Positions 30,975 to 40,167 of a stretch of DNA of 40,167 bases are shown piece after piece. Under the pieces are notes generated by a model. The model was not told where the DNA came from, did no database searches, and worked only from the letters and a program-made list of their open reading frames with translations. The stretch lies in contig RQSC01000033.1 of the NCBI GenBank assembly GCA_013416795.1, positions 357,006-397,172 of the forward strand, in the 5' to 3' direction. A program made the position numbers and the translations under genes. How positions within the stretch are numbered: position 1 is the first letter of the stretch; each line of letters opens with the position of its first letter. The stretch is from Prasinococcaceae sp. CCMP 1430. Lineage: Eukaryota > Plantae > Prasinodermophyta.

Positions 30975-31766
30975 ATGGCGGCGCTCGCCCGCCGTTGGCT
31001 CGCTCTCGCACTCGTCGTGAGCAGTGTGTGCGGCGTGTGCTGCGTTGGCGGGGCGGGGTTGCAGGCTCTCACGGTGACCCTGCCGCGCAGCGGTCGCAGT
31101 GTGTACTATGTCACAAACGAGCGCGGCGCGGCGGCGCTGCACGCGTACGACGCGAGCCAGCAGAGCCCGCCGCTCGTTGTTTTGCTCCATGGCAGTGCAT
31201 ACAGCGCAGATACGTACTCGGGGCCGCCCCTGGACTCCCTGTCGGAGCTCAACGGGCGCGGTATCCCGGCGCTCACGCTCGACCTACCGGGCAAGGGGAA
31301 GGGGAGGTCTGGCTCGGTGATGCTGAAGAAGCACGACCGGGAGCTGTTTCTGGCCGACTTTTTCGACGCGCTGGGTGGACAGGCCGCGCAGGGGCGTCTC
31401 TGCATCGTGGCGGCATCAATGTCGGGCACGTACGCCTTCCCATTCATCCAAAAGCATGCACAGCGCGTCGCGAGCTTTGTGCCAGTGGCAGCTGTGGGCG
31501 GTAGCGAGTACCTGCGTGCGTACGGCCCTGAGGCTAAGGCTGTGAGGACGATCGCGCTGTTCGGCTCCCAGGACAGGTTGATGAAAAAGCTGCGTCCCGA
31601 ATACGAGGAAACGTTCGGTCATCTCGAAACGGTTGTATTTCCAGATGCGCCCCACGCGTGCTACATGGCCAACCCTGCGCTCTTCAACAACGTAGTCGCA
31701 CGAGCCGTCACTCTTGATGGCGCCGCAAGGAGCGAGACAGCGAGCTTCGTGAAGAGCGTCGTGTAG
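30975..31766 (+). CDS. ABHD14-family alpha/beta hydrolase with an N-terminal signal/anchor
   Basis: VLLHGSAYSADTY, ALTLDLPGKG, nucleophile elbow AASMSGTYAFPF, FVPVA, FGSQD (Asp), DAPHACY (His); hydrophobic N-terminus WLALALVVSSVCGVCC. Confidence 0.85.
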   Translation: MAALARRWLALALVVSSVCGVCCVGGAGLQALTVTLPRSGRSVYYVTNERGAAALHAYDASQQSPPLVVLLHGSAYSADTYSGPPLDSLSELNGRGIPALTLDLPGKGKGRSGSVMLKKHDRELFLADFFDALGGQAAQGRLCIVAASMSGTYAFPFIQKHAQRVASFVPVAAVGGSEYLRAYGPEAKAVRTIALFGSQDRLMKKLRPEYEETFGHLETVVFPDAPHACYMANPALFNNVVARAVTLDGAARSETASFVKSVV

Positions 31767-31896
31767 GGGCAGCTTTCTGGCGCGTGTCGCGATGTTGCAG
31801 CGAGGGCCATGCGCGAGAGCGCCCTCCTTTCGATCTCAAGTGACCTGCGCCTCCCGTGGCTGCAGTCACCATCCGCGACCGTGAGACGAGCCGACA

Positions 31897-31901
31897 TGTA
31901 A
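31897..31901 (+). terminator. TGTAA candidate poly(A) signal of the ABHD14-like gene
   Basis: TGTAA about 130 nt after the stop, just before the convergent subtilase stop. Confidence 0.45.
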
Positions 31902-31939
31902 AAAATGAAACCTTATGATATACGAAGTTGGAGCCTTGT

Positions 31940-34900
31940 TTAGGTAGGGGGCGTTGCCCTGCAGAAGACCCTCCCCACGCCCTGCTGGGATCCATCTGAC
32001 ACCGCCACGGCGCTGAAGTCGTCCGCGTCGATCGGCTTAGGTGCCGCAGAGCCGTCGGCGAGCGGCGCGAAGCGCACGTCGAAGGCCAGCACAAAGCCCT
32101 CTCCGAAGCCACCGCCCGGCTCGCCCACGAGGCGCCAGCTCGCGTCCTTGCTCGGCTCCGAAAAGTCCGCCTCTGACACCACGCGGACAGTGCCTCTTCC
32201 CCCGGCGATAGGATCGCGATAGAAGAGATAGACCATACCGAGGACTGGGTGCACACGCACAAGCGGTACCGCCGTCGGAGCGTCCGTGATGCCCGGCCAA
32301 CCGAGGAAGTGCCACCGATTGTCTCGCCTCGTCATGACGCTAGCCGCTGCCCTCGCGCCGACGCTCGCATCCGTAAATGCGATCACCACGCGCCCGTCCG
32401 CGTCGACGTCGATGGACGGCGAGATGACCTTGATCTTTGTTTTGAAGGCGAGCAGCTGCTTGCCGTAGTGCTCCCATTCAGGCACTGCCAAAGGTTCGTT
32501 GGCGTCGACCGCGATGCTGCTCCCGCCTCCCGCCGTCACACGCATGACGCGCAGCTTGCCGCTCACACAAAATGCGAGATACACCAGGCCATTCGCAGGG
32601 TCCGCGGCCATGTCCACGTAATCCGCAGTCCACGGCAACAGATGCGAGCTAGCGGTGGCATTGTTGGCCTCCTCGCCTGCGTAGGTGCCCATGGCTGCCC
32701 ACCTGGCCGCGCTGTCTTGCGATGTGCTCGTCGTTGGGTTCGCGTGGTACGCCAAGACGGCGAGCCTGTCGTCCCCACCCGCGTCGCGGAACGCAACGAC
32801 CGGGCCGTCGGACACGGGGTCCACCACCAGCGCCAGGCCGAAACTATCGACTGGAGGCACGTCTGCCGATGGGTCGTCTGCCGCGCGAAGCAGCTCGCCC
32901 GCGTACGCCTCTGCCGCGAGCTCAGCTGTCGATTCGGCCGCGGGCTGCGCTGTCGATTTCGGGGCCGTGGCGTTGGCAGGAGGGAGTGGCACCGGGACCG
33001 AAGACGTTTTCGCAATGGACATGTCGAAAATGAGCCTCGCCGCCAGCTGCGTCGGGAGCTCGTGCTGTGCGTTCGCGGGGGGCTGATAGCCTGCTTTGCC
33101 CTGCGACACTATGCCACCCGTGTCGAGACCCACCGCGACCCACTCATCGTCGGGGCTGTACACCTTCACGAGCGCCTTGTGACCGTGGAGCTCGTCCGTG
33201 TACGCGACGTAGATGGTGCCACTCAGCTGCGAGACCGCGATCTTCACGTGACGCACGGCGCCGTCGGAGACGCCTCCCGGCGCGCCCAGCGGCGTCCAGC
33301 CTGCGCTCGTGCTCGTGGCGACCGTGAGTCTTCCATCGTGGGCGATGTCTTGATAGGCGGCGTACATGCGACCCGAAGGACTGTACGCAACAGATAGGAA
33401 GTTCACCCTATCGTTGGAGACGAAGGCCAGGCTGGGCTCGCACGACTCTGCCTTCCACGCATCCTGTCCGGAGGCTTGATCTTCGGTCTCGTCTCCGTCG
33501 CCTTCCCCTTGCATGTCTTCGTCCTCGATGTGAGTCTGCTGGGGAGCAGAGGTAGGTGCCGCGGTGGGGGGCGACGCAGGGGCAACGTACCCGTCCGGAA
33601 CGACGTCGTCTGCGATGCGCGGCATGAGCACCGGTGCCTCCCTGTCCTGGGCATTGCCGAGCTGCACTGATGGAAGCACATCCGCATGGCGCTTGAGCAA
33701 CACCTCGACCTCCGCCGGCGACAGGTCGGGAAAGCGCGAGCGTACAATGGCCGCAGCGGCTGCCACCGCTGGGGCGCTCATGCTGGTCCCGGACTTTAGC
33801 GTCGAGCACCACTGGCCGCAGCCGTCGCCGAGCTCGTGCGACGCGGACCGCACCGCTGAGCCCGGCGCATACATGTCGACGCATCGCCCCCAGTTGCTGT
33901 ACCATGCCACAGTGTCGCCATCGAGGGCCTGCAGTGGACGCTTCTCGTTATCCCCAGGCACCTGTGCTGTAGCGGCTCCCGAGCTGCCTCCTGCGAGCAT
34001 GCTCTGGTCGAAGGTCAGGGAGCTCGCCGTCAGCTCCCCGTCGACCTTCCGGTCGAGCGCACCCACTGTTATTACGCCGTCGGTGGGCCCTCCGAGCGCC
34101 CCCGGTGAGCTGCCACACGCGTCGGCTGCAAAGTTGCCCGCGGCAACGACCACCACTGCGCCCGCGTCGACCGCGCGCCGCACGGCCACCTCTGCTGGTG
34201 CCGACCGCGGTCCTTGGAGCGACATGTTGATGACTTTCGGACGCCCACTGTTCGCGTGCGCAAGCGCCCAGTCCACGCCCGCGATGATGACGCTCCATGG
34301 CGATCCGCCTCGTAAGTCCAAGACCTTCAGGGGGTGGCACCTCGCCCGCTTGGCGGCGCCGAAGACGTGCCCACACATCGTGCCCATCGTGTGCGAGCCG
34401 TGCCCGTGCTCGTCTGTGGCCTCGGCGTCGCTCTCCAGCAGGTTCGTCCCAGGCTGCAGCGACTCGTAGAATTTGAAGGCGCCGTGCTCTTTTCGGACGC
34501 CGGTGTCGAGCATGTACACGTCGACCCCGAGTCCGTGCGAGCACTCGGGGGATTGGTACAAGCCATCGAGAGGGTACGCACTGGCTTGCGCCCCCTTCGC
34601 GGCAGCCGCGCCCTCGTCTTTGCCACCGCTGAGCAGCTTAGGCTGGGACATCCTGTCGAGATTCCACAGTCCGTAGCTCGCGGCGTCGCCCCCGAGGCGC
34701 TCCCACGTGCGCTCGACGCACCAGTCTGGCGCGTCGGTTCCGGAGGGGAAGAACTCATCGCTGCTGGCAGTGCCCACCGGTCCCCACGGCGCGGCGGCGA
34801 CCGCCGCCTCGGAGAGGACGGACGCGTTTCCGCCCACCTCCTGTCCGATCGCCCCGCTCCCTTCGTCGGCTACAGGCGCCAGCGTCACGCTCGCGTATCC

Positions 34901-35640
34901 ATCGTAGTATACAGCGACGCTTTGTTCGGCGCCAGGCACTCCAGAGGGAAGCAGGCCGCCGTTGGATCCCTCGAGCCACAGCGGCAGAGCCTGCGCTTTT
35001 ATTTGGCTTGGCGTGAGGGCCGCTTTCCTGGAACCACCTGGCACGTCGCCGAGCGTCGCGCCTGCGGTCCCCCCCGACGCAGCGAGGGTGCCGTAGCCGT
35101 CGGCGCTCTCGCTGTTGCACGCATCGCACGCGCTCGCGCGCCCCGTAACTACGCCCACGTGCCTGAGCACGCGCACGCAGCACCACCCCCATTCGCTCTC
35201 GGCGTGCGCGCGTATGGCTTCGACGAGCGCGTCGTCGTGAGGCAGTGCAGCCATCGCGTCCGCAGACACTTCGGCGAGGAATCGCCCGCGCAGCACGCCG
35301 TCGATGGGCGGCGCGAACAGGTGCGACGTGCCCTGCGTCGGAGCGTGTTGGTCCTCCAGGGGTGTCGCAGCAGGTTCAGGAGCGGTGGGCGCGGGCGCGG
35401 GCGCACGAGCCACGCCGGCGCCGTTGGCGGCAGCATTTGCAGCGACACCATCGCCGTCGCCGAGAACAAGGACTACCAGTGCTGACAGAAGCGCGAGCCG
35501 CCAGCCCAGCGGCGGCGCGCGCGGCCACGCTGCCGCGGCCCGCAGCCGCTGTGCCGCCTCCCGATCCGGCGCGCGCGCGCGCGCGATCGAACCGCGGGAC
35601 GGATTAATCCCCGGCGCACGCTCGGATGTATCCGCCGCAT
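31940..35640 (-). CDS. Secreted S8 subtilase (proteinase K-like) with a C-terminal repeat (beta-propeller-like) domain; start unresolved
   Basis: Triad YMLDTG / HGHGSHTMG / SGTSMSAP, oxyanion AAGN, INMSL, YSNWGRCVDMYAPG. Signal-like RLALLSALVVLVLG precedes the first in-frame ATG. About 7 YxAY.D..G...W..(L/V)G repeats lie in 33420-31940. Confidence 0.9.
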
Positions 35641-36548
35641 AAAACCCGTCCTTCCCCGGCCCACGCCCCACCCGAACCCCAGCCAAACATCCGCCGGTCG
35701 GCACACCACCCCCCACCCAGCATCTGGCATTTGCCGTTCGACGCCATCCCTCGGTCTGATTTGACTGATGGCGGTGAACACTCTAGTAGTCACCACTCAC
35801 AATACTCATCCTTTCAAGAAAAAGGGTGTGATCGCATTGAGTTCGGAGCTGGGAGGTGTTTCCCTGTTTCGCGCCGCGCCAGATGTCCGCGGCTTGCAAT
35901 TGGTTGGGGAGGCGTAGTAGTAACCATCGTGGCGGTGCCATCGATACCACTGCGCTCGCCTTGCCATGCACATGCCAGTCTGTGCCACTTGGCACCTTGC
36001 GTTGGTGGCGCAAGGGGGTACGAATGGCGGGCTTTTGATGGGGAAGTCCGAGCGCGGCGACGGCACTCTGAAACGGCGGGAGCGCGGAGCGGAGCGGCGC
36101 CGCCGCCGGCCCCCCGCGCCCCGATGGCGATGGGCGCCGAGGCCGCGGAGGCCCTGCTGGGGTGGGGTGGATGGGTGGGGTTGGGGGGTGTGGGGGGGGA
36201 GGCGGAGGCGAGGGGGAGGCGGCGAGTGCAACGCGCAGGCGTTCGTACGCGACGGGGTGCGCCTTGAGCACGAGAAGCCAGCCGCCTCCTTGGTTGGTGT
36301 CGTCGGTGTGGAATCCGATCTGCACCTATAGGGCGAGGTCTCTGCGCGGACGGCTGCTTGCGGGGAGCGATGGGGAAGTGCACGCGCGGCATGGGACAGG
36401 TGTTTGTGAGCAAGACTTGGACGCCCGAGGGGCGAGCGGGGAGCGACCGGGGCACGGGAGAGCACGGCCAGAGCGCGGCGCGAAAGGTGTCCACCCGCAC
36501 GGGCGCACCGCGTGCGATGGGATGGAGCGACTGTGGCGCCGGGGCTAA

Positions 36549-38313
36549 TTACATAGCAACGGCCGCGCCGCCACCACCCGGCGTGCCGGCTGCACGCCTG
36601 ATCGCCGTTGCCGTCAGCGCGAAGAGCTCATGCTCGCTGCTAACGCCCCCGCGCTCCCACGCCAAGGCCGCGTCGCGCTCGCCCGCGCCCGCGGAGAAGC
36701 GGGCTCCCGGCAGTGGAGCACCATCGTCGCCCTCGCCCCCCATCAAGAAGAGCCGCCTGCCATTCGCGCACACGTGTCCGTCGTCGCCCTCGTCCAAGCC
36801 GCCATTGTCAGGACCGTCCTCGCACAGCCCCCCTGCCGCAATTTCAGCCGACGCTAGCGCGCGCAGGGGCGCCGAGCCCGCTACGGGGCGCTCGCAGTCA
36901 CCCGCCTCATGCGCTCCGCTCCCGCGCGCGCAGCGCAGGAGCGTGCACAGGCGCATATCCAGGCCGTCGGGCGTCCCGGCAAAGCGCACCACTCCCGCCA
37001 GCGCCGCGAGCACATATGTGTACTCCCCGTCGCCATCCACATCAATGCCACCCGCTTGTTGTGAGAGGGTCGCCACGGCGTCGCATTCGACGCCCTCGTG
37101 GGTGGCCAAGGCTCTCATCTTGCCCCCATCACTGGGCATGAGCTCTGCGCACGAGCCATTGATGTAAAAATCGGGCTGACCGTCCTGCACGATGCGGCAA
37201 TTGCGCGACGCGGGAAGGCCACCGCGCGCGGCGCGCAACACCGCGGCGCGCGCGCGAGTGGCCTCACCGGCCATCGCACGAGCGGCCTCGCTGGACGGCC
37301 CATGCCACGCCTCGAGCTCGATGTCCGCGTACACCGTGCCGTCCGTCGGAGCCTCCGGGATGCTCGCCAGAGGCTCGCCGCTCGCGTAAATCCCGCTGCC
37401 TCCGCTCACCCCCGACACGGTCGCGGCATTGGCGGCGACAAGCGCAACATCCCACGCGCGCGAGTACGCCTGCTGCATCATGCGCGGCGAGTAGATGCCA
37501 CTCACAGACTCCCAGAGCGACGACAGCAGCACCACGTGCACGCTTGCGCGCTTGAGGAGCGCGGTGGGCGTGTCGAACTCCATGTCGTAGCAGATGGCCA
37601 ACCCCGCGCGCAGCCGTGCGCCGGAGCGCAGCGGCAGCTCGGCGACGACGGCACGTGGGGGCGCCTGATCGAGCGCTGCGGCCGTCGAAAAAATGTGCGC
37701 CTTGTGGTAGACGGCGAGGGCGGCGCCGCCGGCATCATACAGCACGTCTGTGTTGTACAGCCACACGCCGTCTGGCCGGCAGCTCGGCTCGGTGCGCACG
37801 TCGCACGTGGTGGCCGTCACCAGGTTGAGTGCGACCGACACGCCACCAGCTCGCGCCATGCAGCTAGCGGCAGTGCCCGCAGGACCTGAGGACACGTCGC
37901 GCGGGAGCACGCAATGGCGTGCGCCGAGCACAGCACGAGCGCGTGCGTCAGAGAACGCCGCTGGAAGGGTCAGAGCAAGCGCGCGTGTTTGCACGTGTCA
38001 CCGCGGCCCGCCGCACCTGCGACGCCATCCTCTGCGCACGGCACGCTGCCGAGCGGTGGCACGGGCTCAGCATAGCTCTCGCGCATCGTCGCACGTGCGT
38101 CAGGCATTGCGAGCGCCGACCCCCACAGCACAGCCTCGGGGAGCACTACAGCGTCGGCGCCGCTCGCGGCGGCATCCGCAACACGCGCAGCAAGCGCGCT
38201 CAGCGTGGCATTGATGGTGCGCGCCGGGTGCAGAGCGCCCGGGCCTCGCTCGACCAGCCGCACCGCGGCGACCCGCGCGGTGCCGGCGCGCCCTCGGTGC
38301 CGCGCCTCGCGGG
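36549..38313 (-). CDS. Vanin/biotinidase-like carbon-nitrogen hydrolase; exons (38313)-38017 and 37960-36549; 5' end lost at the N gap 38314
   Basis: Nitrilase triad VVLPE / VYHKAHIF / AICYDMEF, LYNTDVLYD, VALVAAN, GSGIY, and a Cys-containing C-terminal base-like domain. 56-nt phase-1 intron. Confidence 0.82.
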
Positions 38314-38316
38314 NAG

Positions 38317-39177
38317 ATGGCGCGCTCGGCCCGCCGCGGCGCGCTCGCGCTCGGGCTCGCAGCGCTGGCCGCGTGCGTGGCGGCCGGGGCGCCTCTCGCC
38401 GAGGACGCCGCGCAGGTCGCAGAGAACGCCGCAGAAAACGAAAACGTCGCCGACGCGGCGTACTACGACCTGCCGCCCGGTGAGGAGGAGGGCGCGTATG
38501 AATCGCCCGTGGTCGTGCTCGATGACAGCAACTTTGAGCACCTCACGCAAGCATCGACGGGCCAGACGACGGGAGTGTGGTTCGTCAAGTTCTACGCGCC
38601 GTGGTGGTGCGTGCGCGTGCGTGCGCGCAGCGCTCTAGCTGGTTGGCAACATTATTGCTGACCGTGTTCCTTCGCCACCCGTGGGCGCTCGCACTCACGC
38701 AGTGGCCACTGCAAGCGCCTGGAGCCGGTCTGGGATGAGCTCGCGGAGGAGTTCGTGGCCGAGGGCAACCCCGTCATCATGGCCAAGGTGGATGCGCACA
38801 ACAACGCGGAACTGAAGACGCGCTTTTCGATCACGGGCTACCCCACGCTGCTGCTCTTCGGCAAGCAGCGCATGTACGCCTACCATGGGCTGCGTGGCAA
38901 GGACGAGCTGCGCGACTGGGCGCTCGGGGGCTTCGCCCGGCTGTCGGGCCAGGAGGTGCCCAAGCCGCCGAGCTCCGTGGTCGTGCTTATCAGGCGCTTC
39001 GAGAAATGGGCGGCCCCGCACGTCTTCGCGATCCAGCGCACCATGGCCGACGCTTCTCCCAAGTTTTGGCTGTGCGTCATCGTGTGCCTCCTGCCCGTCG
39101 CCGTGCTCGTCGGCGGCGCGTGCGTCCGTGCTCGACGGCACGACGCACACAGGACCAGAGTCGTCAAGCGCGACTGA
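38317..39177 (+). CDS. Thioredoxin-related transmembrane protein (TMX/PDI-like); exons 38317-38606, 38703-39177 (254 aa)
   Basis: Signal peptide, LDDSNFEHLTQ, WFVKFYAPWCGHCK (split by the intron), AKVD, GYPTLLLF, C-terminal TM segment and a VKRD dilysine-like end. Confidence 0.92.
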
Positions 39178-39213
39178 GGAGCTAGAGCGTTTGTACAGTA
39201 GTGACTACAGCAC

Positions 39214-39246
39214 TGTAAGGTTTAGGTTATGTAGGGTTAGGGTTAA
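39214..39246 (+). repeat. TGTAA signal followed by degenerate telomere-like repeats (GGTTTAGGTTATGTAGGGTTAGGGTTAAG)
   Basis: Read directly; TTAGGG/TTTAGG-like units 3' of the TMX-like stop. Confidence 0.55.
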
Positions 39247-40167
39247 GTGAATGCAGAAGGCTCGAGCGAGCTCGATCTCAAGCGAGCTCCGCACGCTTCG
39301 GCCCTCCCTCTCCCCTGTGCTCGCCACACGCCGCGTGATCAATCATACGTTTGGAGGTGCGCCGGGATCGAGGTTGCTTGCTCCGAGTGTGCGCCGCCTA
39401 CCCTCGGCCTCGGTACGCAGGTGCGCCGAGGGACGACTCTCGCGCAATCACGTTGGAGAGTGCGTGAGAGAGCTTGAAGCCACTGGCCACTGGCCGGGTG
39501 TCCTCGTCGTTCACACGCCCGCGCGTGCGCGCGGTCAGCCTCGCGTCAGGCGAGCCAGGCTGGATCAACGCGCCGCTGACCACGTGCAGGCGCGCGCCGG
39601 GAAACGCGCCCACGCCACCCCCCGGACGGTGCGCTTCGGCCTCGCACGCCATTTAATTTTTTTTCATACCGTGACCCACCCATCTTTCCCGACAATGTTT
39701 GCTCCTCGGCTCTCTTCGGTCTCAACACATCCTTCGACTCCCAATCCAGATGGGATTAAGATTCGCGCGCGGATGATGATGGACCTCTTCCAACCTCTTG
39801 CGACCTCTCTTGCAACCTCTATCAATTGCAGCAACCTATTGCGTTACCCCATTGCAGTGTCTGTCAGCATACATACCTTGGTGGTCGCTACCTTTGCAGA
39901 ATGCCAACAGCGTCTCTGGCAACCTTTTTGTGTGGCACCGCATCCCTGAACTTGCTATCACGATGCGCCCGCTGCAAGTTTGGCACCCTCCCAAACTTCA
40001 AGTGTGCATGGGCGAACCAGTTGCTCACGAATGGGCGGTTTTTGGCCTGGGAGGTGTGTGGTTGGGGTGCGCTGTCAACCAACGCGCCGGTACGCATCGG
40101 AGCGCCCATCGGGCGGCGGGCGCGCGCGCGCGCCGCAGCAGGTCTGCGGCGGCGAGCGCGGCGGCGA

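Noticed and set aside
1881-38702. Introner elements; the NMD3 and TMX introns share GCTGAC...TTCGCCAC
   Set aside because: The introns are otherwise dissimilar in sequence and length; an 8-mer match is insufficient.
1-40167. tRNA, rRNA, snRNA and snoRNA genes
   Set aside because: No convincing T-loop/cloverleaf, rRNA or box C/D pair found by eye; tRNAscan-SE or Infernal would be needed to exclude them.

Overview
Eukaryotic nuclear DNA with very high GC, dense (CG)n runs, compact genes and short GT-AG introns (mostly GTGCG donors, CTGAC/CTAAC branch sites). TGTAA motifs after several stops and a plant-type cyclin B point to a green alga, probably prasinophyte-grade; this is inference, not an identification. 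About 20 protein genes lie in near-strict strand alternation: NMD3, NDUFA12, a TBC1D15/GYP7 N-terminal fragment running into RRP9, an ARID4-N/CHAT-like protein, UGGT, a bacterial-type MATE, an RPL21 fragment, a 54-aa membrane microprotein, SNAPC3, a 97-aa basic protein, cyclin B, a WAC-DDT-WHIM chromatin factor, a 76-aa tautomerase-family protein, a RING-TM protein, an ODA-DC-like coiled-coil protein with a perfect 207-bp internal duplication, an ABHD14-like hydrolase, a subtilase fused to a propeller-like repeat domain, a vanin/biotinidase-like amidase and a TMX-like thioredoxin. The most unusual signal is a ~125-bp piece that reads as a bacterial operon junction (radical-SAM C-terminus overlapping a DUF4130/UdgX-type start by ATGA) upstream of NMD3. 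The assembly shows draft-quality signs (single-N gaps at 15405 and 38314, apparent chimeric joins, frame breaks at (CG)n runs), so several anomalies may be artefacts. No tRNA, rRNA, CRISPR array or intact transposon was recognised, and I cannot demonstrate a new multi-gene system. Family assignments are from motif recognition only; no searches were run.
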